Of a DNA stretch of 64,000 nt, positions 34,961-47,873 are shown piece by piece. The DNA is taken from assembly GCA_038496445.1 (NCBI GenBank), contig JALMLS010000488.1, forward strand, positions 248,001-312,000, written 5' to 3'. The translations under genes were made by a program, and so were the position numbers. The notes beneath the pieces are model-generated. The model saw only the letters and a program-made list of their open reading frames with translations. It made no database searches and had not been told where the DNA came from. How positions within the stretch are numbered: the stretch's first letter is position 1; each line of letters opens with the position of its first letter. The stretch is from Trichosphaerium sp. ATCC 40318. Taxonomy: Eukaryota; Protista; Tubulinea.

Positions 34961-37900
34961 ATGTACGTATTTACGCAAATTACAGTAAGAAACTATTTGT
35001 TAGGCAATCAGACGACGATTTTGATCTTCTTTTATCCCAAAGCAGGCGTCCAGCCCGACGTTTACCGAAGAATAAGCAAAGTCGCGCGTCACAGGTTAAA
35101 TAGACATAATAATGTACTAAACGGCATCTAATATACGTGTAGAGGCGTGGAAATACACAAACATCGACTCGCCGTAAAGCAAACTTGAAACAACCAATAA
35201 CCACACGGAAACGCGTCTCGCAAGCGCCTAAGACAAAAGCTATCAACCAACCAAGTCAACGGAAAAAACAACAGCGTAAAAAACCTCCAAAACGTCGCGC
35301 AGCAGTACTATATAGCGATGAAGAAAAAGAACAGGTACAGAAAGACGTTGTTTTGTAATTTGGAAAAAATTTTCTTGGAGTTACCGCCAATAACGGTATT
35401 GTGTAACTCCATCCTAGAGTTCAACTGGTAGACCTGCATCACAACGTCAAAAGACAGAGAAGTCCACACCACATCCTAAAAATTCGGATAATACCCAAAA
35501 TGAAATTATTGAAAACAAGTCACCTATCTCTCAGGTAGTTGAGGAACCATCAAATATTTCAGCATGTACGTTTTATTTTTACATATATTAATTTCATATT
35601 AATAATGTCAAATTCATAGATGGAGGACATAATGACTCTGAGCGTAAGTCTAGTTTAGTAATGCAAGAAAAATACTTGCTTACTTTCTTGCTTTTTTTTG
35701 TTAATCATTTTGACACCTTCTACTTAGTTGACTCTAGTTCTAAGATGGAGTATTTTGATGAAAGTGAGGTTGTCGTAGTTGAAGACTCATCAGATGAGGA
35801 TGATGTACCAGTTGGTAAGTACTACATTATCTTATTCAAAAATCTTGTCTAATTCTGTTCCTCTAGATGCAACATTTTCTGAACCTAGAGGTATGTAAAT
35901 ACTATAGTTTGATTTTCCTTATAAAAAAACGCTTTTAGATGATCCACTACCTGTGGTAGATGGCGACACTAGGATGCATGTTTCGTAAGTACATATTTTT
36001 GTAGTTAATTTTGGTATGATATGTTAACTTTTTGCAGTGATCTTGGTAATGTAAGCGAGGAAGAAGATGAAGTTCCTCAGGATGCTTATGGTTATTTTTG
36101 GTATTCTCAATCAGTGCCACAAGGTAAGTAATGTTAGATAATCCAAAGGCTCAAAGAGATGTAACGATTTGTTTGTTTTTACAGAACGAGAAATTGTGTA
36201 TGGACATAAACACATTAAACATGAAATGAGGAGTTCTCAAGAAAATCTGGAAGCAGTTATTGATAAGGTTGTAAAGTACGTTATTTATATAATATTCACG
36301 TGGCATTTGATTGACATTGTATAGCAACTTCTCCATAGGAGAAGACAAAGACGACAAAACGTTTGGAACACCAAATACACAAAACACTCCTTCTACTGCA
36401 GGAGGATTACCTTCAACCCCTAGAAGAGCACGAGAAGAACAATGGACACGAGAACACCTCGAACAACGTTCTTCACGCTTTGAACCTCCATCTCAAATGC
36501 ACGTTTCAATTTTTCCCTTTCAGCTTTTGTTGATTTTTTTTTAACTTCAGGGTCGATCCTATTGCTCCTTATGATACGCCTAAGGACGATCATGTTGCTA
36601 TTCAAGGTGGTAGAAAAGCTTTGGAAAGCTTAATGACTATTGTATTGGGATCTCAGTCATCATTGAGCACTGGATCTCCAGAGCAAGTGCCTTTAGTTCT
36701 TAACCAGTTTAAGTCTCCAAGTACTCAACATATTGAAGCTATTCCATTAGACTTTAGTCAACCAATTCATACTCCACTCGCTTTATCAAAGAAACCAAAT
36801 AGTATCAATGTGAAGAAACCAGCCACAACAACAAATACCCAACAACAGACGTTTAGTAGTAGTGCACCAATCATCCCAAAAGCAAAAGTCAGTTCACCTT
36901 CTTCTGTTAAAAAGGATTACATACGAGCACCAGCAGCTTCTGCACCTCTACCAAAACCGCATAAGGCTTCGCCAATACAACAAAAGCCGCCAATACAACA
37001 AAAGCCTCCTGTGTTGGTATCAAAGAAGCCATCACCTGTTAAAGTTAGTAACCCTCTCAGCTTTTCTCTTGAGATTGATGAGCTTCCTGAAGATGATCTT
37101 TTACAGCTTATTCAAGAAGTAGAAAACAAACGTAACTCTCAAGGCTCATCAAAAAACACACGTGGTACACCAACAACAGTACCACAGAGATCTTCAGGAC
37201 CACCTATCACCACTGCAAGTCGATCGTCTGTGCCATCAAGCAGCCAACAACCTTTTCCACAAGCAACAGAAAAGCAAGCATTGCCTAAACCTGTCATGCA
37301 CAAAGCCCCACCAAAACGATCTACAGCGCCACCAAGACCACAAACTACATACAATAACTCAAAAGCAGGTTCGATAAACCCGCCACATGGAGCACCTGCT
37401 GTTATGGCTAGAATACCTTATACAAACAAAAACAATAAGCCACTGAAGACTCCTCAACCTTCTGTTGTTATACACAGAAATACGTCGTTTCACGCTAATA
37501 ATAAGAGCGTTCCATCTTCTGTAGGAGGTTTTCAGCGGTTCCCTTATAAAGTGAATAGAGTAAATAATGTACAGCAACCAAGTAATCAGAATCAGATGAC
37601 TCAGCACGCTAGAACAAACAATCGAAACAAGGGCGCTCAATTACCTCCTCAAGGATTCAACAGATTCAAGAAAACTCCTGTTTTTCCAAGTTCTTTAAGT
37701 AGGGATAATTCAAATAGAAGCACAGGAAGCACAGAGAGAATAACAGACACAAGCCAAACTGTAAATAATGTGACTGCTAAAAGTGTACTTACTTCGGTGT
37801 TTTTTGAATACTTTGCTCATCCTTTGTTAGTCTCAAGAGAAGCTTACCTATGTTACAAGATTTCTAATCCTTCAAGTCACACGTAACAATAACCATGTGG

Positions 37901-40900
37901 TACGTAGTTGATAAAGGTGTAGCACCATAGTTGTTAACAAAGATTTTGTAGAAACTAAGAGGATTCAATGAACAGTATAACTTGGAAGAAGATATCTATC
38001 TTACAGGTAGCTGGGTATCATCGCAAGTGAGTGTTGTTGCTTCAAATAAATCACGTGTGAATTTATATACCTGTTTAGGTTCAAGAAGGCATGTTTGTGA
38101 ACGTGCTTGGTAAAAAATCAGATGGACCAAACTTTGCTGGTCATTATCACATTGGTGATGAAGCTGGTATTCTTATCATACATCCCGATATATTAATATC
38201 GGGATCTTCTCTATCAAGTTCTGTAGATTGCCCAAGACGCTCTGTACTCAAATACCGTACAGCTGTACGTTTTACAACATGCTGACTTTAGTCAAAAAAA
38301 CATCCTCATAGCTTTTTGTTTACCCTTTTCGCTAAGCAACTTAACTGGAGTACTGCTCCAATATATGGAAAGATTCTGCATGCCGTGATGCAAGATGGTG
38401 AGGCGTTATTGAACATATTTAAAGTCTAACTTGATTTTATTTAAGCGCTTGTTCGGAATGACTTTGACTTTAAGAAGCTTAGAGAGTTTGCAACACGTCA
38501 GGTTGATAAACATGTTGCTGAGATTTTTGCTACTAATAATAGCGATGTTCATGTTATATCTCAAGTGGAAAAAGCTCTGCCATGCCTCATGCAACATTTT
38601 GCTGAGAGGTTCTTGAAAGGCAATAATAAGGTATTTACAAAGTAGTTTTCTTTCTCTCTGTCACGAATGAAAGTGACACGTGCGTTTTTTTCTAGGCTAT
38701 AGTTAGATTGCATGGAAAAGATTATCATATTGTGATCAAAGAGACTATTAGTATTGAAGAAACAATTTGGTCTCCAATGTTTGGGATGAAAGGTAATATC
38801 AGGTTTTAGAGTTTGTTTTTTGTAGCCTTGAGGCATTGTCTTACTCTTTGTTTTTCTTTATTTAGGTGATATTGATGTAGTTGTAAAGTGTACAGCATCT
38901 GAGATTATAAAAGGCAGGCATCAGAATCCTCGAGAAGTTATTCTACCTCTTGAAATCAAAACAGGATCACTTAATAATGGATTTCCTGATGCACAGGTTT
39001 TACTTTATGTAATGCTTATGAGAGACAGATATAGTACGTCTTTGTTTATTTAGAATATCTATGTTCGTATTGAGCTTATTTGTTCTTGCTAAGATACTGA
39101 GATTCCTGCTGGGTTATTATATTCCGTAAAAGATACTCAAATGAAAGGTAGGCGTCCTTTTTTGTTCAAGAACATAGTTTATTTCAATCGTTTATTTCTA
39201 TCCACAAGTTGGCACTATTCTAGCCTCTATCATGAACATTAGTTTACATTAATTTCTTACATACTTTATAATGTTTTCTCAATGACTAGGAGGCTATCAA
39301 ATGCATTATTTTTTCGTTGTATTGTTTTTTATGGTTTGCTAATTGTATTTCAACCAAAAGGTGTTACAGTGAAACATGCAAAATTATCTGCACTCATACA
39401 ACGACGAAACGAGCTCGCAATCCGGTTATCATCTTTTGCTCTTCCTGAAGTAGTAACGGATGACCCCAAGATGTGTTCTCGTTGTTATGTAAAAGAGCAA
39501 TGCTTAGTCAATCACAAAATGACAAATAATACTGACTTTGATGACCCAGATATCCAAGAACTACTTCTTGTACGTATACGTGACACTTGTAACCATTTCG
39601 CCCTTTTACGAGAGTCCCAGATGTCCACGCATCTAAGTTTTCTTCTAGAATGAAGCCCAACATTTGATTCATCGTGAAGATGCACCTTTCTTTACAAGGT
39701 GGATGAAGGCGATTGACGCAGAAGAAGCAGAAGCCAGAAATACAGAACGACTCATGTGGATGCTCACACCAGCGCTGTTTGAATCGCAAGGACTGTAAGT
39801 ATATATTGAGTGTAGCACGTTTCTGATTATTCTACAAGATGTTTTGATCGCCTACGGATAGTCAACTCAGCTCGTGTACCTTCAGTTGTTGCTGATGACT
39901 TTGGTGGCATAAAGTACACGTTTTCTTCAGGTTCTACGACTGGACGTAGTTTGTTGGATTCTGTTATCCATGAAAATGATTACATAGCATTATCAACACG
40001 TGTTGGAAACAGATGGCATCATGGTATTGGTTCTGGTAAAGTTGTTAAAATAGGCCGTAAAGAAATCTGTATTCAATGTGATGAGCCACTTCTTGGTCCG
40101 CCAAGTGCGGATATTGAAGATTTGATATGCGAAAGGTTAGTACAGTTCTGGTTTTTCTGTCACGTTTTTTTAATGTTTTGTTCATAAAGGCTTGATGGTA
40201 TGCAACAAAAGTTCAGAGCGCCAATATTCAATCATTCGAGCAAACGAGTTGCTATTGAATCTTTGGTTTGGCGTGTTAGTAAAAGGCATATATTTAGTAC
40301 TTTTAAGAGCTCGAGAGTACGATTTTTGTTAACTTTTGCTGCTTTGTGTTTTGTTATTGCTTTGTGTAATTGGTTTATTTTTAGGCAAATATATATAGGT
40401 TGTTTGTGAGTCAGGGAGATCACAGGCGAAGACAACTTATTGTTCATGGAGCACCGCCAGTTTTTACAAAAACTACATTGAAGTTTGGTAAAGATTGTGA
40501 ACTTAATGGTATGTCCAGCTTAATGGTGTACTGGTTATGTTCTTTTGTTAATACTCATATCTCGTTTAAGTCGATCAGAGGAAAGCTTGTTTGCAGGTGA
40601 TACAAGGTACTACATTTTGAGAAAAAAGAAACAAAGTCTCAAGTTTGTTAACTTTTTTTCTTCGTTACAGCTCAAGATTACGCTCTTATTCTTGGTATGC
40701 CTGGTACTGGTAAAACTACAACTATTGCATATATTATACAATTACTTGTGCGCCATGGCAAGTCAGTGTTGATATCTGCATATACACACTCAGCTTTGGA
40801 TAATCTGCTGTTGAAGTTGAGGGAACTTGGTGTTGAGTTTTTCCGGTTTCATAGAGGAAGCATAAACTCGGTAAGTTAACCTTGTTGGTTGTTAACTTTG

Positions 40901-42466
40901 TATCTAATATGTATTTGCTTAGGTTGCAAAAGAGCTACGAAATGTGACATTGACAGGTGTTAATAGTAATATAAAGTTAAAACAACTTGAAGATTTAAAG
41001 GGTAAGAGGTTTTTGGTTACCTGTTGTCATATTTCTTCTCGTTCTCATATTTTTCTAAAGCTCAAGGGAAGTTCAAAGTTATTGGGTGTACTTGCGCTGG
41101 AACTAATAATCCGTTATTACAAGCTTTGGATACTTTTGATTATTGTATTATTGATGAAGCTACTCAATTGACATTACCTATTGCGCTTGGTCCGCTTCGT
41201 TTTGCTAAAGTTTTTGTACTCGTTGGTGATCATTACCAGGTTTGTCAACCATTGTGTTCTCCTTACTTATTAATGTACATAGTTGCCTCCTCTAGTTCGT
41301 GCTGCTAATAATCCACTTTATGGACAAAGTCTGTTTAAACAGCTGTCGGTGAAACACCCTGAAGCTGTTGTAGAATTACACTATCAGTACCGAATGAACA
41401 CGTGAGATATTTTTAGTAGCATTTCACTTTTTGTTTAATCTATTGCGTAGCGATATCATGTCCATCTCAAACCAGCTTGTATATCAAAACAGACTTATAG
41501 GTGGTACAGAGAATATATTAAATGTACGCCAGCATACAAGAACTTGTAAAAGCACTAATCTTTTTTGTTTGTAGTGTAAATTAAATAAGATTGAACTCGC
41601 GTACCTACCTAAGCTCAAGCACGGATTTATTTCTTCTCAAAACTGGTTGATGCAAGTATTGGATCCATCGTACGTAATAAGATAACTGATATAAAAGCTC
41701 ACGTGCTTTTTTTTAATAAAGGAAGAGCGTAGTGTTTCTGGATACTGATAATATGCCCGCTTTGGATTCATGTACAGATAACGGTCACACTGGGGGTACA
41801 GAGGTTGTTATAAATAGAAAAGAAGCAAAAATAGCTTCATGGGTACGTTGTTGGCTAGGAGTTTGCTTCTATGATTATTTTGCTAAATCGTTTACTAGTT
41901 GGCTCATGCGTTAGTCAGTTGTGGTGTACTTATGGAAGAGATTGGCATTCTTACACCTTATCGATCACAAGTATCTACAATACGACAAGAACTACGGAGA
42001 TTGCATGTCAAAGAAACTGATACAAAGACTATAGACAAGTACCAAGGCAAAGATAAGCCATGCGTAATTGTTTCATTCGCACGTTCCAACCCAAAAAAGA
42101 AGGTAAGAATACTTTTTTTGTGTTTTTCTTGTATTAAGTTCTTGTATTAGATTGGAAGTATTTTGCGCGACTGGCGCCGTCTTAACGTCGCTTTTACAAG
42201 AGCTAAGCAAAAGCTTCTTCTCATTGGATCAAAGAGCACATTAGAAGGGCACTCTCTGTTTTCGAAGTTCTTCGAACTTGTTGTTTCTAAAGGATGGCAT
42301 TTTATGCTTCCAAGAGATGCATGTGATTTTTATGATATGTCACCACGTGTTGGGTACGTTGTTTTTATTATTTATTTCTAATAGACTACTCTTGATATCA
42401 AAAACAGATTACTTATTGTTTTTACACAGACCTGAAGCGGAAACGTCAAGCCCTATGGTTCTTTGA
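34961..42466 (+). CDS. DNA2: DNA replication ATP-dependent helicase/nuclease DNA2 with a long disordered N-terminus
   Basis: HPDILISGS...DCPRRSVL, GKILH, EETIWSPMFGMKGDID, PLEIKTG, AQVLLY, Fe-S CSRCYVKEQC. SF1 helicase motifs GMPGTGKT, DEATQ, GDHYQLPPLV, QYRMN, TIDKYQG, DWRRLNVAFTRAK. Linkage of the N-terminal exons (35.0-37.9 kb) is less certain. Confidence 0.92.
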
Positions 42467-42733
42467 TTCTTGGTGAAATGTAATTTTGAGTGCGATACCA
42501 ATAAAGGAAATGTTGCGCTGTGTAAACAAAGTATTTAGTCTATCCTTTGCAAGGGCGATTAGTTGGTTGCTGAAAAATATATGTTGTAATAGTATTGACA
42601 TTGTCACGTTTTTTTTACAAGTCAAGTGCAGTCACACTGGTAATTAAAACAAATACTGTGCTTCTACATCTAAATTGTTGTATATCTCTATCATTACCCT
42701 TATTAAAGCAGTCTTCAACAAATATAATCAAGA

Positions 42734-43948
42734 ATGAACTCAAACAGCTCATTCTTTGACGAGATTCCGGTTGAAGTCATTATTTATATTCTACGGTTTG
42801 TTTCTGTGTTATCTATGCATACAGTAGTACGTACATCAAAATTATTAGCCAATATTGCTGTACAACACTTGAAGTACAACAATGGCAGTAGAACTATAGT
42901 TTTAAAAAGAAAACAGCTTAAAAAGCTATACAAGACAGCTCCATATCTCATAAAGAAACATACAATTTCCCCACTCTTTAAAATCAAACAAAAAGACTTA
43001 AAGTACCTGAACGGTGCTTATGCACTTAAACTCAGGGAATTGAAACTAACAGTTGATTTTACAGAATTTACTGTAGTTGATTGTATTGACTTCACACCAT
43101 GTTATCACGTGAGAGATAATCATCTCAAACAACTTGCAGGAATACATAAAATTCTATTACGTGGGTCTAGTATAACAGATGCAGGTGTGAAAGCATTGGC
43201 TGGTGTTCATACTATTAAATTGAGCGAATGTTCAGATATTACAGATGATGGTATTACAGCTTTAGCTGGCGTTCATACAATTAATCTTTACAAAACACGT
43301 GTCACAGACGATGGTATTAAAGCATTAGCATTTGCTGGTAGTATTCATTCTATTGATATTAGTTGTTGTAAAAATATAACAGATGATGGTGTTATGGCGC
43401 TAGCACAAACAGGTGTTCATACCATTTCTTTAAATTGTTGTGATATTACAGATGAAAGTATCAAAGCATTAGCTGCATCTGGAGTTCATACTATTAGTCT
43501 ATGGTACACAAAAGTCACAGATGAGGGTGTTAAAGCATTAGGAGCATCTGGTGTGTACAGTATTGAGTTAGGGCATTGTGTCCTAGTTACAGATGAAGGT
43601 GTTAAAGCATTAGCTGGTGTTCATACCATTAACTTAGAGGGATGTAAAGTTACAGATGACGGTATTAAAGCGTTAGCTGGTGTTCATTCGATTATCTTAG
43701 ATGGAAATACTGAAATAACAGATAATGGTGTTAAACATTTAGCTGGTGTTTATGACATATCACTAAGAGGATGCCATCAACTAACAGACAATGGAATAAA
43801 AGCATTGATTGGTGTACATGTAATCAATTTAAAGTCATGTCACAATGTTACAAAAAGTGCCGTAGAAGCTTTAGGTGATGCTAAAATTGACTTAAATATA
43901 GTAGAAGTTAGAACATACAGTGAAAAATTGACTGGAATTTTTAAATAA
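42734..43948 (+). CDS. Intronless F-box/LRR protein; third, more diverged family member
   Basis: FDEIPVEVIIYILRF F-box motif; LAGVHTIxL..ITDDGIKA repeats. Confidence 0.9.
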   Translation: MNSNSSFFDEIPVEVIIYILRFVSVLSMHTVVRTSKLLANIAVQHLKYNNGSRTIVLKRKQLKKLYKTAPYLIKKHTISPLFKIKQKDLKYLNGAYALKLRELKLTVDFTEFTVVDCIDFTPCYHVRDNHLKQLAGIHKILLRGSSITDAGVKALAGVHTIKLSECSDITDDGITALAGVHTINLYKTRVTDDGIKALAFAGSIHSIDISCCKNITDDGVMALAQTGVHTISLNCCDITDESIKALAASGVHTISLWYTKVTDEGVKALGASGVYSIELGHCVLVTDEGVKALAGVHTINLEGCKVTDDGIKALAGVHSIILDGNTEITDNGVKHLAGVYDISLRGCHQLTDNGIKALIGVHVINLKSCHNVTKSAVEALGDAKIDLNIVEVRTYSEKLTGIFK

Positions 43949-44402
43949 ATCATAACTTGAAATTTGACATTTGCATGTACACAACCATTCGCTGTACAAT
44001 ACACATTTAAGAAGTACACATATTATATGTCATGGATGGAGTAAAAAAGAATTATTTTGATAGTGATACATCACAAGCATTAAGTAAGTACTTTCTTGAA
44101 TTACTACGTTATTCTGTTGATTTTGCAAAAGCATACATTTTATTGCTACTGAAAGCTAGGTAATAATTCAGACAAATACAACAGTCCACTACTTTATACC
44201 CATTCTTCATCCACGCCATTATCCATAACCAACAGCGTGCTTATTAACAACTATGGCACAGGCACTATGCAGTGTTGATATCTTTGAATATGTTTGGAAG
44301 GTGTCTAAGATTGGACTAAACTCTTCTAACGTAGCTGACGTAGTACTTTTTATCAACGAACACAAAACCTGCAGCTAGACATCGAGTGAGATAAATTGCA
44401 GT

Positions 44403-44502
44403 TTGGGTTTGCACTACTTTTCGAAATTGATTGCCTCCAAAAGAACAGATTTCGAAGAAATACAACATGGCTGCCACATTTCGAAACGTAGTGCAAACCC
44501 AA
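44403..44502. repeat. 100-bp element with 25-bp near-perfect inverted termini (MITE-like)
   Basis: TTGGGTTTGCACTACTTTTCGAAAT ... ATTTCGAAACGTAGTGCAAACCCAA, one mismatch. Confidence 0.65.
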
Positions 44503-44733
44503 TGTGTAAACGCTTTTGAGGCATCTTGTAATTATACGAAGTGTGGCACTCTGCTAATTTCAGATGCTTTTGGCCAGCTGGGCTACGCCTGTTTGAATCT
44601 ATAGCTTGTCAACAGCCGAAAGTAAAGGTGATTAAATCTTGTGTAGCACAGAAGAAAAGTGCAAGGCTTTTTTTTGTGTCACAAACTAACCGAGGATTGG
44701 CGACTTAAAGCCATAAGAAGTTTGTTAATCCAC

Positions 44734-45865
44734 ATGCGCAATACCTCTTCATATGTCGTTTTCGTTTTTATCCTAGTATCATGCTCATACGCTACTCATT
44801 TGCTGTATGGCACGATATCAGGACCAGACTCAAAAAAATACCAATCATCGATCGCTGATGTCTCTGATACTGGCGTAATCACTCCTACTTCGCTAGGCGC
44901 ATTATCTGCTTGTAGAGCTACGTCATGTAGCGGTAATCAAGCGCTTAACGCTCTAGACATAAAAAATAATATTCTCTATACACTACAGGCAACCGCCGTA
45001 CTCAGAACAGTTTCTATATCACGTGTCAATATTAAAACAGGCGTATACATGCCTCCAATCGTATTTTCGCCTTTTGGATACAACACGGACTGTAAGCAAG
45101 CGATGAAGATACAAACAATGAAGTATGACAGTAAACGTAAAGCATTAGTACTTCTACAACAAGGTATGACAGCGGCTGACTCTGTAAATGTGTTAAACGT
45201 ATACTTGGAAAAAAATACTACATTTTACACTCCTTTTTTCGAAATTGTTGAAACGAAGCTTGGTCCTGGTCTTCTTGAAGGACAAAATGGCGTTTACTAC
45301 TTAGATGATAAATCAAGTATTCTTTACCGTACAGATGGAGACACTATAGACTCTGTTTATGTTACCACTGGCGCTACAGCTATGAAGCAAATATCACCAA
45401 ACTGTAATGGTACTTTGGAGTATTTGGTTCAGATTGAAGGAGCCAAACCGGGTGACCTCTACGGTCTTTCAAGCTATTATATTGCCACAAATAACAATAG
45501 AAGTAACTACTTTAAACTATCCGTAAATACAAGCACATGCAATCCTGCGAGCATAAAACCAGGTAATTGAGAAAAAAAAAAAGAAAGAAAAAAATAAGAA
45601 TACTGAATACCGTTTTAGGTTTTAACTTACTGATCGACAACCCAGTTCCTTTGCAACGCAATCCAGGTCAAGTAGCTTTTCTAAACTTCCCGTCAAGTCC
45701 CATTTATGTATACGACTTTGTTAAACAGAGCCTAGAACTTGTAACATCTGGGAGTGTAAGCTCTTTGTTAGGTTAAATAAATAAAAACAACCAACCCTTC
45801 GCTAATATGTTTTCTAACCAACTTGTTGTTACAAAGACCCACTGTCATGTAGTTCTTTTGTGATC
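44734..45865 (+). CDS. Secreted Cys-containing hypothetical protein, possibly a beta-propeller; 3' end uncertain
   Basis: Signal peptide MRNTSSYVVFVFILVSCSYA; long first exon to ~45562; second exon ~45619-45755. Confidence 0.65.
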
Positions 45866-46637
45866 AATGCGCCTAAATCCATTCAATGTTGCTCACTTTC
45901 ATGTGCAAACAGCAAACCACAATTCCTCTCCACTATATGGATATGGCAGATATTGTTCACTGCGTCTTTTGCTGAGACTTACTACAAGTAAAACGAGCAT
46001 AAATCATACCACTATTGATTCAACAAACCAAGTGTTTTGAATACAATACAATAAGGTTGTCCAGTAAATAGATTGCGTGATGAAAGCAAACCAACTAGCT
46101 ACATGGTTTAGTAGTTATGTTGTAAAAAATTATAAGGGATAGTCGTGATTTAAATGAAGTCGCTCAGATTAGTTACGTACACCGCTTTAACGTTATCTTG
46201 ATGTTGTTGACTGTACCTAACGGTTCTGTGGTGCTACAGCAGCGACAAAATCATAGCGGCACTTGAAAAATACGAAGTTTCCAGAATGCGGAATCATATG
46301 AGAAAGTAATAGAGGTAGCTATTAGGCATAGCACATTGATAAAAGGAGCACCAGATAAATGATTAAAGAAACCACTTTTTTTTTTTTTTGATGAAGAGCG
46401 TAGTCAAATGCTATTTGTTCGACCCATCTTCCAGATCCATCAGTAATTTCCTATTAAATTTGTTTTATTAATCCGGGGCTTCGGTTCCATGGATCTTTTT
46501 GTTCTATGAGCTTACAGCAATACCAATGATTATTTGTTTTCCGCTGTAAGAAAAACTCTTGAACCGTTAACAGAATAGAAAAGCAACAAATTAAGCCAGA
46601 GCGGTGCTCAGATCTTAATTGACACTACTTCGATAAG

Positions 46638-47600
46638 ATGAAACTCACGTATTATGACTGTCGGGCACGTGCAGAACCTATCAGGCTTTTACTCGCCGAC
46701 CAAAAGGCAGACTATGAGTATAGATGCGTCTCACTAGAAGAGTGGAAGACGTTAAAACCAACAGTAAGGCTTCCTCGGATTTTGAGAATAGTTTCACCGG
46801 TTTAACACAAGCCTTAGATAAAACCTTTTGAAGTGCTCCCAATATTCTCAGACGGTGAGATTAACATGAGTCAGTCTCAAGCCATTTTGCGTTACCTAGC
46901 AAAAAAGTATGATCTGTATGGAAAGGATGAGTTGGAGCGTATCAAATGCGACATTGCTCAAGAAGCTTTAGTTGATGCTCAGAAAGCAATAGGAGATTTC
47001 ACTTGGAATAAGAATTGGGTACGTAGTTCTGATACATACAGATCTTTTTTGGCAACTTTTCAAATAACTTTTCATGATCACAGTTGGCTTATGCTTCCTG
47101 TAGAAGGAAGAAAAAGCAGCGTATCTCAAGAAAGATTTGGAGCCTTGGCTCAATAAACTCAGTTATGTAATGGAGATGAATAAATCTCCTAACGGATGGT
47201 TTGTTGGAGAGAACATAACATTTGCAGGTACTAAATTTTTTGAAGAAAAAATAAAGCAGCTACATAAACGGTATTGTCACATTCCGCGGGATTGACATTG
47301 TTGTTCATGAATATCCTTTTCTTTTTCCTCAATACTAACAGGTTTGCCATAGATTACATCTTGTTCAATACTCTGGATTTTGCGAGAGCAATAGATAAAC
47401 CAACCTTGGAAAAGTTCAAATCTCTTTGCGTTTGGAAAAAGAAGTTTGAAAGTAGACCAAACATTGCTTCATACCTTGCTTCAGACTCACGTCCTAAAAC
47501 CCTAACAGTTTCAATGGCACCGTAAGTTACATACTGATTAACAAACACTTTCTTGTCTTACTTTAAACGCAGATACGGTGGAACACCTGAAACGTCATGA
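46638..47600 (+). CDS. Glutathione S-transferase (Tyr-type, mu/pi/sigma-like), multi-exon
   Basis: MKLTYYDCRARAEPIRLLL, PFEVLPIF, MSQSQAILRYLAKKYDLYG, GWFVGENITFA, RPNIASYL. Confidence 0.92.
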
Positions 47601-47801
47601 ACTTCTTCACTACTAACAAGCATCCTACACCATCGCATTAATAATCATTGCAAGACCTATGCTAATATAGTCATATGTAACTTGAATAAATAATATTCCT
47701 TGAATAGTTGTTTATTGTTATTTTACATGAGATATTTTGTTGAATTTTGTAGCAAAGCTTTGACGATTGTATGTAGTTTTTTGGAAGGTTGTAAACAACA
47801 A

Positions 47802-47873
47802 GCCTTCTTAGCTCAGCGGTAGAGCGAACGGTTCTTGTCCGTTTGGTCATTGGTTCAATCCCCATAGGAGGCT
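47802..47873 (+). tRNA. tRNA with CTT (Lys) anticodon and an atypical anticodon loop; possibly a pseudo-tRNA
   Basis: Acceptor stem GCCTTCT/AGGAGGC, D-arm GCTC/GAGC, anticodon stem AACGG/CCGTT with loop TTCTTGT, T-loop TTCAATC (one T-stem mismatch). TTTT terminator at 47882-47885. Confidence 0.8.
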
